A stretch of 64,000 nt of DNA, taken from NCBI GenBank assembly GCA_964016885.1, contig OZ024742.1, forward strand, positions 339,202,001-339,266,000, read 5' to 3'. This stretch comes from Eledone cirrhosa. Its lineage: Eukaryota. Shown piece by piece: positions 30,326 to 45,250 of the stretch. Position 1 is the stretch's first letter, and every line of letters begins with the position of its first letter. Below the pieces are notes generated by a model. That model saw only the letters and a program-made list of their open reading frames with translations. It was not told the origin of the DNA and made no database searches. Position numbers and translations under genes: made by a program.

Positions 30326-32755
30326 TGGTCCTTCACCTTTTTCTTCTACAACATCGATTATTACAACATAACCAATTCAACTAAAGACATTCCTATACCT
30401 GGTAAATCTGAATTCACCAAACTTCTAATTGAAAAAACTGACTCCTTTGTAAGAAGACTTAGATGGATAGCTTATTTCTATGACCAGCGCCTAAAAGGGA
30501 ACTTCTATACCAAGGAACATAACTTCCTCGATCATCTATTTAATTCTAGAAGAAATCCTCCTTCCAACAAAAATCTAGTGCAATTCGAGGAAGAGTTAAC
30601 AAATATTATAAAAAATCTGAAATTCAAGAGATACCCTTACAAAGGACAAGAGCACCTTGTAAATCTCAAGAACACAATTTCAAACCTAAATTCCTCAAAA
30701 AATGTTTTAGTCCACTCTGACAAAACCAATAATTTATATGGTATTTCCAAGGATAATTATAACAACCTTATCCTAAAGGAACTTAGGAAAAAATATCGTA
30801 AAACCAACCATGATAATTTAGAATACATAAACTTTGAAGCCTCTGAGATTATGTCAAAACTTGGCATCGGAAAAAAGACCGAACCATTCCTCCCAAATCT
30901 CAAGGATCACAAAAACAATTTTCGCACTGAACTACCTGTTAGATTAATCGCCCCCTCTAAATCAGATCTGGGGGTTGTTAGTAAAGCCATCTTGGATAGA
31001 ATTATCCCACAGGTTCGTTCTAATTGCTCTTCTTTGAACTTAAATTTATGGTTTGGTACTTCTGAAGTGATTGGCTGGTTCAACAAATTGAATAATAAAA
31101 ACAAACTCAAATTTGTTCAATTTGATATTGCCAGCTACTATTCTTCTATTTCGCCTTCACTTCTCAACAATGCTCTATCTTTCGCATTTAAATATTCTGA
31201 CATCACCACAGATGAACTTCACATCATTCTCACCGCACGTAAAACCATCCTTGAGTTCAACAATGAATATTGAACCAGAGCTGATACCTCTAACAACTTC
31301 GACATCACAATAAGAGCATCCGATTCATCCCAATTGACAGATTTAATTGGTATCTTTATTTTGAACTCTTTGAGTCGGAAAATTCCTCAACTTCGCGGTG
31401 GAATTTATCGTGACGATGGACTCTTTACTATCTTAAATTGCAACATAGTTAACCTTAATATTATTAAGAACAATATACGTAATCTCTTTAACCAACATAA
31501 CCTAAAAATTGAATTTGATAACAGCATCAAACTAGCTAATTTCTTGGATGTATCTCTTAATCTTGACACTGGCCTATATTACCCTTACCATAAAAACAAT
31601 GAGAACCTAAATTATGTTAATTTTAAACCACCCTACTAATATTAAGAATGCTATAATTAGTAATATTGGAAAAAGAATATCTAACCTATCTTCTAATAAA
31701 AACATCTTTGATGCTAACGCCATTTACTATAATAACGCGCTTTCTAAAGCCGGCTATCCTGATAAAATCAAATATAATAAAGAAACAAATTCTAGAAGAT
31801 CTTACAGTAGAATAATTAATCATGATCATTCCAATAACTTTAATAAAAGACCTAGATACAAAAACATAATCTGGTATAATGCTCCTTTCTCCATCTCTAT
31901 TAATAATAATATTCCTAAATTATTCTTTAGTACCTTAAATAAATGCTTCCCTCCCTCACATATCTATAGTAAAATATTTAACAAACACACTATAACATTT
32001 TCCTATTCGACATCCTCCAACATTTCCAACATTATCTCTAAACACAACAATAAAATACTAAATACTAAATCTCTTCCTTCCAACACTGAATATCATAATA
32101 ATTGTAATAGTACTCCCGACGTCATTGTAAACTCTCGGCTAATTTCTGCAAACCCAAATACAACGTCAAACACAACTTCGCTAAATGTTCTTAATCCCAT
32201 TCTAAATCAAGAAACTATTATTCCTATCGCAAATAACTTCTCCAATCCAATTCCTTCTATAGATAACACTAGGTCACTCGTTAATAATCTCTTTAATCGC
32301 AATTGCAATTGCCCTGCTAAAAATAAATGTCCTCTCAACAACCATTGTCTTGATAAAAACTTAATCTACGAATGTAAAGTTATAACTGACACCAATTTCT
32401 TCACCTATTTTGGCTCCACTTCCACCTCCTTTAAAGCTCGTCTTTATAATCATCATTCGTCTTTTAAATACCAACTTAAAAGAACCAACACGGCTCTCTC
32501 AGAACTCATATGGTCCTTGAAAGACAAAAATATTAAATATAACATCTCTTGGAAAAAGGTTTGTTCTGCTTCTTCATACTTGAACAGTTCTCTATCCAAG
32601 ACTTGAACAGTTCTCTATCCAAGACTTGCAATCTCTGTCTAAATGAAAAATTTACCATTATATCTAATTTAGATTCTATAATAAATAGACGCACTGACTT
32701 GTTTTCTATCTGCTTGCATAAATTCCACAGAACTTTCCATAAAGTATACAGCTAA
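30326..32755 (+). pseudogene. PLE RT / GIY-YIG (YRDDG-type RT; clade not determined)
   Basis: STKDIPIP..RRLRW, HSDKTNNLY, LKDHK..VRLIAPSKS, QFDIASYY, GIYRDDGL, FLDV..YYPYHK, IIWYNAPFS, CNCP..CPLNNHCL..LIYEC..YFGST..FKAR, CNLCLNEK. Stop at 31271, frameshift near 31625, 23-bp duplication near 32580-32625. Confidence 0.93.
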
Positions 32756-33190
32756 TATCCTAAACTTTATCAATTCAGAATCCTTTTCTCAAAGGCACAT
32801 ATATATATATACTTCTTTAAAAATATACCCATCTTTCTACCTTATTTCAAAGTTATTTATTATACATTATATAATACTTGTTACTCATTCTATATCACTC
32901 CTATTTATCACTTCCCTTTCTTCCTTTTCCTTTTCTTTTCTTTTTCTTTTCTTTTTAATTTCTAACCCCTAATCTGTACCTTTTCTCACTGTGCCTAACA
33001 TAGAAACAATTATTACACAATACAATATATTCTTACTTTATATCACCTTGAAAAAATCCTTCGTAAACATAAACATTTTTTTGACGTTAGATTATTCATC
33101 CTCTATTCATTATTCTTTTCTCCCTTTCATCTAACTTATTCATGCTCATCTCACAATATATCCTTACTTACATTACTTTTGTTTTTTTAA

Positions 33191-33361
33191 TAATACATAT
33201 CAACATTTTCTTTCCATCGCACATATTATTAAACCCTTAAATATTATTCTTAATACATATTAACATTTTCTTTCCATCGCACATATTATTAAACCCTTAA
33301 GTATTATTCTTAATACATATTAACAATTTCTTTTCATCGCACATATTATTAAACCCTTCAA
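33191..33361 (+). repeat. 60-bp tandem repeat, ~3 copies, in the PLE 3' UTR
   Basis: TAATACATAT..CATCGCACATATTATTAAACCCTT at 33191, 33251 and 33311. Confidence 0.92.
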
Positions 33362-33740
33362 TATACAAACCTTAACTTTACATTATTTTTCTCTTCGTTA
33401 ATTTTCAAATTCTTTTAATTTATACATTATCTTCCAACGGTTTTTCAACCTCTCTATGTAAAACAATATATTTTTCTCAGTTATAAAAGCTATCTCTCTC
33501 TCTCTATCACCCATCTCTCCTCCTATCTCATCCTTCCTCATTATACTCCTCCCCCTCCACTTTTTACTCTCATCTCCTCCTCTTTTTACTCTCATCTCCT
33601 CCTCTTTTTCATCCTTTCCACCCCCCCTCAAAAAAATGTTTTTCCCCCCAATATCACGCATCAATCTAAAATTACTTTTCATATGTTGATTTAAAACTGC
33701 ACTATCCACAAGTGTTTTTAACCTTCATATCATGTCTTCT

Positions 33741-33811
33741 TATTTTATCTGATGAAAACACAAATGTTATTACATGATGATATTTGTTTTTGAAATGCGC
33801 ATAATAAAATA
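33741..33811 (+). ncRNA. Intact type-I hammerhead ribozyme
   Basis: tattttat CTGATGA [~15-bp stem II] GAAA tgcgca TA ataaaata: perfect 8-bp stem I and palindromic stem III. Confidence 0.9.
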
Positions 33812-33860
33812 CATGGAACTCATTTAACCATCTTTCGATCTTATATATATATATATATAT

Positions 33861-33950
<90 letters not shown>

Positions 33951-34132
33951 AATTGGAAAATGCGGGAAACACAAGCGAAGGTAATAACTGTGACAACGGT
34001 CGGCTACTATAGATAATAGCTTTAAAGAATCAGGTAATATACCGCAGTGAAAACATTGACGATCAGCCGCAACGAAGAGTCAAACTCCGCATTTCTCTAA
34101 TACTGTACAAGTGCGTTTATCATTATTGTAAC

Positions 34133-34495
34133 GGCGCTGGATTGGCAGTATAGGTAGAGGGTCTGACGCCATGCTTTGCAGCAAAGAGTTACAGCCCTTT
34201 ATGGTCTGAGTTCAAATCCCGCCAAGGTTAACTTTGCTTTTCATCCTTACGGGGTCGATAAGATAAAGTACCAGTAATGCATTGGATAATTGCTGGCTTG
34301 TGCCAAAAGTAGAAACAATTATTGTAAGTGTTAGCTAGGCGTTGAATTGGCAGTCGTTAGAACGTCGCGTAGAATACTTTGCGGTATTTGTTTCAGTTGT
34401 CTGCTCTCTCAGTTTAAATCCCGCCGAGATCAACTTCTCCTTTCATCATTTTGAGGTCGATAAAAGGAGTACTGGTCCAGTACTGTGGTCGATTC
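34133..34495 (+). mobile_element. SINE (34133-34323) and an older related SINE (34337-34495)
   Basis: A/B boxes and core motif. Confidence 0.85.
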
Positions 34496-34872
34496 TTCCT
34501 TTTATCTCTTCTTTCTCACTTCCATTCTCTCACTCTCTCTATGGAGTAGCCAATTGTTACTGTACGGTGGTTAAATATTTGTCTATCTTGTGGCTCACAG
34601 GGAATTGCTTCTCTATGAGAGCAACACATTTTAAAATTAACATCGAATAAGCTACTAAAGGTTCTCCGTCCCAACCAGTTCCTCATCCCCCTACAGATCT
34701 CTACCTTATTGCTTCTAACACTTGCTATCTCCCTTTTCCTCCCATTTTAATAAAGAGTCTACCTCACTTTTCATTCCTTCTAAAAACTTAACCGTTTAAT
34801 AATCATCGCCCCTTTCTTTCGAACTCTTTTATATAAGAAGTACTAAACCAATACCAGAATTCATTTTAATAT

Positions 34873-34926
34873 GGCCGAACTGATGGAGGATCTTAGATCC
34901 TCATAGTGAAACACGTGTAATCAGCT
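34873..34926 (+). ncRNA. Degenerate hammerhead motif
   Basis: CTGATGG aggatc-tta-gatcct ... GAAA cacgtg TA atcagc, with AATAAA about 20 nt downstream. Confidence 0.5.
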
Positions 34927-35233
34927 GATATATTGTTGATGTAATAAATTAATTTCTATCTATCTATCTATCAATCTATCTATCTATCTATCTATCTACA
35001 TTAATCTAGCTGTCGTCTGTTCTACAGTGTGGATGTAATTCACTTCGCGCAGAAGTTTGTTCAAATTTATTGCGGAAATTTTGTGAGTTCAAATTTAATT
35101 TTGATACAATTGTGTAGCTTGACCCCCCGTCTGAACTGTCAGGCGGTGGGTCAGCTCATCTTTACCCCTCCTAGAGGTGAAAAACCTGTTTTAAAAAATT
35201 TTGTGGCAAAAAAATTTCAATCGTCTAACAGAA

Positions 35234-37125
35234 ATGTTAAACGCAGCGAACGAAAATAGTGGTGGGGGGACAGCGGTAAGAGTTGTAAGCTCGCACGCTT
35301 TAGTCCCCCCTTCCTTCCCAACTAACGTCATAGAGAAGGAAGGAAAAATTAAAATAAAAACAGACGAATCTGCGGAGAAAAAAAATGACGAAAACACAAA
35401 TCTGGACATGGATTCCAACAACGAAAAAAAAAAAATTTGAAAAATTGCATGACAATACTAATAACACAAACAAAGACACAACAAACACAAAAATAACATT
35501 TGAAAATAACACCATAACAGAAAGCAAAGCAGACGACAAGATTTCATTTGCACAGAAAACAAAAAAATCTTTGACTTATATACCGGAAAATATTTCAGAC
35601 GTGGCATGACGAATCACAGACGCCAAACAATACATAAGTGAAGGAGAGAATGGTATTTTATCGGTAAAAATGCCTCAAGAATTCACCAAAGACATTGAAA
35701 GCCGAACGGTCAAGTTTCGGACCATCAACAACAGTACAAAAAAACCTGAACAGCCTTCTCAAGCAGATATCAAAACAGTACTCACAGAAGTACTTAATGA
35801 AACCACTTTCATAAGAAGAGACAGACTGTATGGAAGCCTATATTATCAAGAAGAACGAATCGGCGGCAAAACAATGTGCTTTGTCACCGATTCATTCGAA
35901 AAATTTTACCTTTTATCCATCTTATATGGGTAAAAGAACTCAACGCATATGGCTGGATGCAATGATGCCAGATGTGGACTACTGCTGGCTCATAGCTGGC
36001 TTCATCGATCCAGTGAATGACAACGTGATTTCAATTGGGAAAACCACAGGCAATGCGTTCAGTGGAACAGGTATAGAGCTGGTAGTGCAAATGAAGCCTG
36101 AACGCATCGCCCAAATACCCGACAGAATCCTATTAGAGGACCACGGGTATATAAACATTAGCGTGGAGGGGAGAAGGCCGTCCTGCCATATCTGTGCAGG
36201 GAGAGGGCACCTGAAGGCCGCTTGTCCCCAACTCAACAAAAAGAAAACCCTGCTACCAACACCAGCTCCACCACCACCACCACAACAGATAAACAAACAA
36301 CAAAACTCAGTCCCACCCAACCCGTCCCTCAGTAAAACCACACCACCACCACAACACAAACAGTCACAACACATTACCCCAAAACAAAATACAGGCCCAC
36401 CCAACCTCTCACTCAATAAAACAACACAACCACCGCAGACACAACACACAACACAGTCTAACATAGTGACATCCATCTCCCCCACAAAGAAAACGGAAAC
36501 ATTACCAGCAAACATACCTCTTCCCTCCAACACCGAAGATAACCCAACGAATTCGGAGGAAGAAACGGAGTCCTTCAGACAGATTAAAAGAAAAAAAAGA
36601 AAACATGTGCAAAACACACAAGGCCAAACAACCCCCACCCAAATCTCAACACAATCCAACAAAACAGAAAACACCCCTCCAGCAACAAACAAAACCAAAC
36701 CTGCCCCTCCCCTCTTCGAAACACTCACACCATCCGAAAAAAAGACATTACACTATACTTACATCAACAGAAACAATAATAAATTAAATGAACTCATATA
36801 CAATAATCCTTCGGTACAAACCGAAGGTGTAAACTTTGTTTCTTCAGAAAACTACCCACATTTAAAACTAATAAAGATCCCAATGAACCTCTACCAAAAA
36901 CTAAAAAAGGATTTTAAGGAGGACGTAGGACCACCCTCTGTCAAACCCATAAACCGCGTCCTACTAAAAAGCTTTCCCCCTCCCATTCCCCTCCCCAACA
37001 CAACTCCAAACACCCCAACCCCACCACACACTGACGACCCCACACCACCACAAGACACCCCTTCACCCAACACCCCCGACCCCATGGAAGTCGTGCAACC
37101 CGAACCCCGGGAAGCGGAAAGGTAG
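35234..37125 (+). pseudogene. LINE ORF1 (CCHC), disrupted
   Basis: Matches the ORF1 of copy 1, with different frameshifts and a stop near 35607. Confidence 0.9.
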
Positions 37126-37158
37126 GTCTCTACACTCTCCTTTGGCTCTGCCGCCCAC

Positions 37159-40100
37159 ATGGATGTGTTAAGAGTAGGATGTTTGAATGCACGTGGCCTG
37201 GGCTCAACTTGGAAGCAAGCAAAGCTTCTAAATGACCTCAGGTCATGTGGTATAAATGTAATGGTTATCTGTGAGACTCGAATCAGCGTCGTGCGGCAGC
37301 TGGCCCCCACCTTCGATGACTTTGAGGTGCATGCATCTCTCTGTCAACCTGGAGGTGGGGGTGGGGTTGTCGTACTGCTGCAAAAACACCTGCGTCTTGC
37401 CGTACAAGTTGTGCACTCGGACCCGGAGGGTCGTTTGTTGGTGCTAGACGTTGGCAGTAGTGAAAGTGCGGCCTTGAGACTGGTTGCCGTCTACTCCCCT
37501 TTCGGAGCTGAACGGCCCGACTTCTTCCAGCGTTTGGAGACTTTTCTGGGAACGTCGCGTTCCCTACTTCTAGCGAGGGATTGGAATGACATCCTAGATG
37601 CACGTTGGAACTATGCAGGAGCATGTCCTAATAGAGGGGGGTGTAACATCCTCAAGGGGTTACTCGACCGTTTTAACTTGGTCGATAGATATCGACTAGA
37701 TTTTCCAACTGTGCCTACCTGGACTTGGAGAAACCACAGTGGTCAATCTAGATCGTACTTAGATAGATTCTTAGTTAGAAGTAAGGATAGGGACATATTA
37801 AGCTGTCCAGAAATGCGCACGGTTGGCTACACGGATCACAAATTAGTGACCTGCGTAGTCAATCTCGAGAAAACACATAAACAGGGTCCCGGTTACTGGA
37901 AACTTAATTTGTCTTTACCGTCAAAAGAGACTTACAGAAACCGGATTAGCAGATTAGTTAAGGAGAGGTTGACGGGTGCAATCGTCAACAACCGATGGTG
38001 GGCATCTCTCAAAAGAGAGATTAGAACAGAATCAATAAGTTATAGCAAGATGTTAGCTGCCGATAGGAATAGAAACGAGAAAGAATTAACAGGTAAATTA
38101 GAAGAGGCAATCAAGAGCGAAGATGTGGCCAGAGTGCTGGCATCGAGGACGGCCTTGAACCAGTTTTTCGATGCAAAGCACGAAGGCTGCGTCCTTCGAA
38201 GTAAAATACGTGCTCTAGGTAATGAGGGGGCCAAAGCCGTTGGCTGGGCCCGCGTGACAGAAGCTAAGAGTGGAAATCGATCCACCATCCGGTCGTTGCA
38301 AGACGAAGATGGACGGGTGATCCGGGAGCCTAAGCAGATGTGCGAGGCCTTTCAAAGGCACTTTGCCCGATTGTTCGGGGGAGGCGAGGGTCCGGGCGGG
38401 GGCGTGGATTTCGGTCCATACCTCGACGGCCTGCCGCGTCTCTCGAGCGAAGAGGCAGAGTCCTGCGAGGGACCAATCTCGGCTGATGAGATCGGAGATG
38501 CGCTGAGCCAATGCAGCAGACGCAAATCTCCAGGTCTCGATGGTATACCTTACGAACTTTATTTAGCAATGCCGGTCTTCTTCTCCGAACTCCTCGAAGC
38601 GGTCTACTGCAATTGGCAGCAGAACGGGAGAATTCCTTGTTCTGTAGCCAAGGGCGTAGTCACGCTGGTGAGGAAGGACGAGAACAAGGGAGATAGTATA
38701 AATAATTTTCGGCCCATAACCCTGCTAAACACAGAGTTAAAGATTTTGGCCAAGGTGTTAGCAAAGAAGTTGGCGCTTGTTGTGGGTGGCCTGGTGGGAG
38801 ATGCGCAGACATGTGCTATCCCATCCAGGTCCATTCACGATAACCTCCACCTCATGCGATACATCATAGAGAGGGTTGGCAACAAACCCGGCTTCGGTGG
38901 GGCCCTGATCAACTTGGATCAGTCTAAGGCCTTCGATAGGATCCACCATGGTTACCTGGATGCGGTGCTAGCGGCGGCTGAGTTCGGTCCTGTTTTCAGA
39001 GGCTGGATCACTGCCTTACATAGCAACCACATCTGTTCTAGGATCAAGGTGAACGGCTACCTTTCGAAGCCGTTCGAAATCACACGATCCATTCGACAGG
39101 GGTGCCCTCTCTCCTCCCTTCTGTACGTATTGACTCTCGAGCCTTTACTGAGGAAGTTGGAGTTGTTGCAGAGTATCCCCCTGGAACCAGGATTGAGCAA
39201 AGCGGTGTCGGCCTACGCCGATGACGTAACAGTATCGACCGACTCGGAGATCGAGGCGATCGGTACCTTACTGGAGGAGTACGAAAGGTTGTCAGGAGCG
39301 AAACTGAACCGGGAAAAATCCATCGGGCTGCAACTCAGAACGTGGAGAGGCAGACCGATGCCTCCTGACGGTGTCGTCGGACACTGGACGGAGGGCCCGG
39401 TAAAGTTGCTTGGGGTCTGGTTTGGACCGGACCTCCAGGTGGAAAAGAACTGGAACGAGGTTACGAACAAGGTGTTTGCACTAACCCAGAAATGGGCCAA
39501 GTGTAAGCTGTCCCTAAAAGGCCGGCGGAGGTGGCGAACATTTACATAGCGTCCGTCACTTACTACCGCCTGACTGTCGTGCCTTGCCCTAAGGAAACAC
39601 TCACCACCATGGAACGCATGCTCTTCCAATTTCTTTGGAAGAAGCGCCCTCCTATGGTGAGAAGATCCATCTGCTGCCAACAACCTTCGAAAGGAGGGCT
39701 GGGGATGCCGTGGTTGATGATGCGTAGGCACGCATTAAGGCTACGGCACCTACAGGTATTCCTCACTGGTCAACCGGTGTGGGCTCCGTTCGTGAAACGA
39801 GCCTTTCCGAGACTCGTCTCGCTCACCGAGCTACAGTCCTGGGTCAAGCAAAGATCCGGAAAACTGGGAGACTGGCACACTGAGTGTGCTCAGGCGCTCA
39901 GGGCTCTCTGGCAAGCGGGCCAGGCCATCGGTGGAGAATCCACCTCATCATTCTATAGAGGGCTGGTGGCTAGCAGGGACGATGACACCCTTGGAGAGTC
40001 GCTGGACATGGAAGAAGACGAACTGGCCAGCCTGTTCGGTAGGACTTTCGGCCCAGGACCAATGGACAACTTCCAGAAGTCACTGGCCTGGCAGTGCTAC

Positions 40101-40589
40101 CGGGGGGCTCTACCCGTTCGAGAGAGGCTCTACAGACACGGGCGCCCGGGCAGGGATCCCTCAAAAAAGATTTGCCCTAGATGCGTGCGTCACGAAGAAA
40201 CCGTATCGCACGCATTGGTGCAATGTCCGGGCGTGGCTGATCTGTGGGGCTACGCCGAACGACTGCTGTCGCGGGTGGCGCCGATTAAATTGACCGCCGA
40301 GTCCGTGATGACAATCAAACCGCCTCCCCTCTTCACAAAGGAAGCAAAGGCGGTTTTTCTGTGCGTAATAGCCATGTTGAAAGAGGTTGTTTGGTGGACA
40401 CGATTGAAAGGTCTGAGGTCAGGCAACTTCCTCTCTGGCCATAGTCTGGTCTACTTCTTCCGATATCACTTCGGAAGAAGGATAAGAATGGAGAGAGAGG
40501 TGCTTGGCCACAGGCAGTTTTATGAAAGGTGGGTGATAGTGGCGAGAATGGCTCGTGTAAATGGGCCTTCTCTGTATACCATCCTGTAG
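37159..40589 (+). pseudogene. LINE ORF2 (APE-RT-zinc finger), one frameshift near 39523
   Basis: 796-aa plus 352-aa ORFs carrying all APE, RT and C-terminal CCHC blocks. APE GDWN reads RDWN here. Confidence 0.95.
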
Positions 40590-40892
40590 GTAAAGAAGTA
40601 AAGTAGAGGGGAGCACCTTCTCCATGTGCTCCCCGGGCAAAGGATTGCACACTTTTTCGGGGGTGTGTGCAACCCCCACCACGTCCCCTCCCTTTTGAGG
40701 TTATTTTCGATTATTTTCATGTTACACCCTTTTTACTCGATTATATGTAAACTCCCCCTTGTATTTGTCCCTTCTTTTTATGCCTTTATGGTAAATAAAG
40801 AAATATATCTATCTATCTATCTACATTTGTTAAGAGAGAAAGAGATAGCCAGAGAAAGGCCGCTCACGAGTGTGTGTGTGTATGTGCGTGTA

Positions 40893-40991
<99 letters not shown>

Positions 40992-41444
40992 GAAAAGAGA
41001 GAGTGAGAGGAGGGAGAACCAGAAATGTTGATAATTCTATAGGTGTGATATTTAAGCAAGTATACATATTGGTTTATAGATGTTTATTGAACAGAAATGA
41101 GATAATTTTAATAACATGTTCAATAATATTCTAGAAATAATTGGATTCCACCATATCCTGAATTTTTTCTCTGTCTTTTTTTCCTTTTTGGTGTATAATT
41201 ATGAATATATCAATCCCTGAGAAACACCATGAGACTTGAAGTGTTGATACTCTGGTAGGAGAGTGACATTATATACACCCCACCCTATATATATATATTT
41301 ATATATATATATATATATAAATAAGTATCGGGTACTCTGGTGAGTATTGGTCTAACAGGTTTTTACTGCATCAATTTTGATATATATATATGTATATATA
41401 TATATTTCGTTTCTGAATTTAGCAACATGACCCTCCCAAAGCAT

Positions 41445-41538
<94 letters not shown>

Positions 41539-42049
41539 AAAAAGGGGTAGGCTGCGTTGTTGCAAATGGGATACATATGAATAAAATTAGAGCAAGAAGA
41601 CAGGACTGTCCGTGATCTTCCAGCCATCATCGGTATTTCTTCGCATTAAAGACCATATACCTCAGGCTGGTGCGAGCAATAACTAAAAAAAGTTATTGGG
41701 ACAAGTAGAATTGGGTGAAGAAAGCGAGACATGTAAACAAACAGAGATGGTAATGCAACGGAAAGAGAGGAAGATGAGGAACAAGTCCGTGATATCTGTG
41801 AACTTAAGTTCGAGCAAATCGAGGAGAGAAAGACGCGTCCAGACCCTGTGAAATGTGAGCGAGAAAAGGATTTCACACAGATCAGACGGGAGGATGGGAG
41901 AGAGGGTGAGTAGCAGAGAGTGAGTGAGTGAAAGTGTGAGGAAGATGCCAGCCGAGAGAGGGTGACTGGCAGAGGGGGTGAATGAAGGTAAGTGATACAA
42001 GGAGAGAGAAAGAGGAGAGCAGTAAGAAAGAAACAGACTGGTCACAGCG

Positions 42050-42091
<42 letters not shown>

Positions 42092-42304
42092 GTATTTATT
42101 GTTTTAAATTGAGTCTGGCAAACAATATTGTTAATAGTTATTATTTTGTTCACCCTAGCGAATCTGGTCCCTTACGATTTGAAAACATATCTGTGTTTAT
42201 CTCTCTTTTATATTCAATTATATTACACGGCTCAGAAAAACCTCTTTCCTTGAGCTATTTAATTGTAAGAGACTATTTTGAGTTTCTAACTCAATATATA
42301 CCTT

Positions 42305-42423
<119 letters not shown>

Positions 42424-42430
42424 TATATAC

Positions 42431-42515
<85 letters not shown>

Positions 42516-42581
42516 GAAGAGAGAAGAAACATTTAGATATAATTAGTAATAAAATGTATCATACCTAAACTGCTCCTAAAT

Positions 42582-42671
42582 TCCTCGACTACGTAGTTTC
42601 GTGGCATAAACAAAAACAATATATCATAAAGATATAGAGTCCCTGCGAGGTCTGCCGACTTATCAAGAGGA
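42582..42671 (-). ncRNA. Type-I hammerhead (U3:A8 variant)
   Basis: Reverse complement of 43615-43704. Confidence 0.8.
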
Positions 42672-43614
42672 TACCTCATTTTACTAGTCTCAAGAACGCG
42701 TCTACACGACGTGAGAAAGAATCCCAAAAGGCGGAGGGGGAGATAGTCACGCGATATAACGGTCGAGAAACAGAGCTAAGCCTCCTATAACCACGAAGAA
42801 AATACCACGGAGGCGGAGGAGGTATTCATATCGAGGCCGCAGAAGAGGTGGTGAAGAAGGCTAGAAGTATGAGTAATGGAAGCTTTCCAGTTGTCCCCAC
42901 ACTTCAAAGATTGCTCGACCAGGGGGAGTTATTAACAATATATTTAGAAACACACAGATACATGCGGACACACACATATATACATGAATGCATCCGCACC
43001 CAACCGTGAGTTAAGGGTGCCAACTTGATAAGTCGGCAGACCTCGCAGGGACTCTATATCTTTATGATATATTGTTTTTGTTTATGCCACGAAACTACGT
43101 AGTCGAGGAATTTAGGAGCAGTTTAGGTATGATACATTTTATTACTAATTATATCTAAATGTTTCTTCTCTCTTCATAATGTATTTTTAACTCTGATACT
43201 GGTTCAGTCTAGTTCAACTGAATTGGTCTGTCCCGGTCATTCATTGAGCAACATCGGTGAAGTTGGCACCCTTAACTCACGGTTGGGTGCGGATGCATTC
43301 ATGTATATATGTGTGTGTCCGCATGTATCTGTGTGTTTCTAAATATATTGTTAATAACTCCCTCTGGTCGAGCAATCTTTGAAGTGTGGGGACAACTGGA
43401 AAGCTTCCATTACTCATACTTCTAGCCTTCTTCACCACCTCTTCTGTGGCCTCGATATGAATACCCCCTCCGCCTCCGTGGTATTTTCTTCGTGGTTATA
43501 GGAGGCTTAGCTCTGTTTCTCGACCGTTATATCGCGTGACTATCTCCCCCTCCGCCTTTTGGGATTCTTTCTCACGTCGTGTAGACGCGTTCTTGAGACT
43601 AGTAAAATGAGGTA

Positions 43615-43704
43615 TCCTCTTGATAAGTCGGCAGACCTCGCAGGGACTCTATATCTTTATGATATATTGTTTTTGTTTATGCCACGAAACTACGTAGTCG
43701 AGGA
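43615..43704 (+). ncRNA. Type-I hammerhead (U3:A8 variant, branched stem II)
   Basis: tcctc TTGATAA gt(c)ggca...tgccac GAAA ctacgtag TC gagga; GUC site at 43697-43699. A 5'-clipped copy lies at 43024-43109. Confidence 0.8.
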
Positions 43705-43945
43705 ATTTAGGAGCAGTTTAGGTATGATACATTTTATTACTAATTATATCTAAATGTTTCTTCTCTCTTCATAATGTATTTTTAACTCTGATACTGGTTC
43801 AGTCTAGTTCAACTGAATTGGTCTGTCCCGGTCATTCATTGAGCAACATCGGTGAAGTTGGCACCCTTAACTCACGGTTGGGTGCGGATGCATTCATGTA
43901 TATATGTGTGTGTCCGCATGTATCTGTGTGTTTCTAAATATATTG

Positions 43946-44085
<140 letters not shown>

Positions 44086-44208
44086 GTATAAATGTATATG
44101 TGTGTTTGTGTGTGTGTATGTGTGTATATGTAAAAAGTAAATAAAGCAAACGATACAGTACATTGAATAAATATATTAGTTTAAAGCTTGAAATAGCAGG
44201 TAAAGAGG

Positions 44209-44242
44209 TTTAACGTTTCGGAGACCAGTCCTTCACCAGAAG
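44209..44242 (-). ncRNA. Degenerate minimal hammerhead motif
   Basis: ctt CTGGTGA a-gga-ctggtc-tcc GAAA cgtt aa; same type as 2614. Confidence 0.5.
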
Positions 44243-44261
44243 ATAGAGTTAGAAATAGAAG

Positions 44262-44348
<87 letters not shown>

Positions 44349-44548
44349 GTAATCTGAGTTTTTCGAATATTAATAACATTGGATTCGTTTGCAATTATGC
44401 AAACACGCCTCATTTTTAAAGCCATGTCAGTAGAATGAACAACTTCCTTCTTGCTCTTGTGTTGGCATGTAAACAGAACTGCAATCTTATTTAAATTTTA
44501 TTGTATGCCATTAAATTAGAATTTATAAGAATTTATTACAAATTAAAC

Positions 44549-44642
44549 TATAGGGTGTCCCCCCCCCCCCCAAAAAAAAAAATGTATACACATATTTATT
44601 AGAATGCTGTCGAAGTGTGTATACATTTTTGGGGACACCCTG
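44549..44642. mobile_element. Tiny Tc1/mariner-type MITE
   Basis: AGGGTGTCCCC..AAAAATGTATACACA versus TGTGTATACATTTTTGGGGACACCCT. Confidence 0.7.
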
Positions 44643-45046
44643 GCTATCAATTCAATATGTTTTTATTTTAATTGAAGCACATACATACTATTATGATCAA
44701 TTATAAAAAGAATTTAATTGGAAAAGAAATCTGTAAATGTCAAGGTCAGATTTCTGATCAATGGAACCCCAGCGTGAAAGGTAAAGAATGGTGAGAGAGG
44801 ATATAGGCAATGAATACGAGTAATTGCTCGGAAAAATTAACTTCTTCAATGAGGAAAACAAATATTTTAGATGTATACTTTATCAACTTTACAGAGTGTA
44901 TAAATAGTGCGGCAGTCCGAAAATAGCAGGCTCTGGCCCAACGTTTCCTCAAATAAAAAACGGAACGAGTGATCTTATTGTATTGTTGATGGTGCTTTAC
45001 AGCTGTTTCAAACAAGTTTCATATTTCTTCCGTGATATCACTTACT

Positions 45047-45250
45047 TATGAGGGTCGACTGAAAAGTTCATCGACTAACCAAGATCCTCTCATGGAATAA
45101 CCAAATGAGGTTTATTTTTCAACATAGACCCTGGAATGAAGCAATGTAGTTATTAATAAGAAGAGTTGAAATTAATGCATGCAAAGATTTCACGGCTCTG
45201 GCATTCACTCCTTCATATTCAGACTATGAACATTTCAGCCGACCCTCGTA
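45047..45250. mobile_element. Mariner-type MITE
   Basis: TA-TGAGGGTCGACTGAAAAGTTCAT ... ATGAACATTTCAGCCGACCCTCG-TA. A right-end relative lies at ~51865-51950. Confidence 0.8.

Larger units (their letters stand above)
35003..40805 (+). mobile_element. Tx1/L1-clade LINE, subfamily A, copy 2 (full length)
   Basis: (CTAT)n on both flanks; 5' UTR, ORF1, ORF2 and 3' UTR all present. Confidence 0.95.

Noticed and set aside
31271-31273. In-frame TGA as selenocysteine (as in some Naiad PLEs)
   Set aside because: It aligns with Trp (DTWVK) in the related element near 59060, so it is a TGG-to-TGA nonsense change, and the EN here is C-terminal.
41214-41262. Possible HHR CTGAGAA...GATA ctctgg TA
   Set aside because: Two core positions are broken and the stems are weak.
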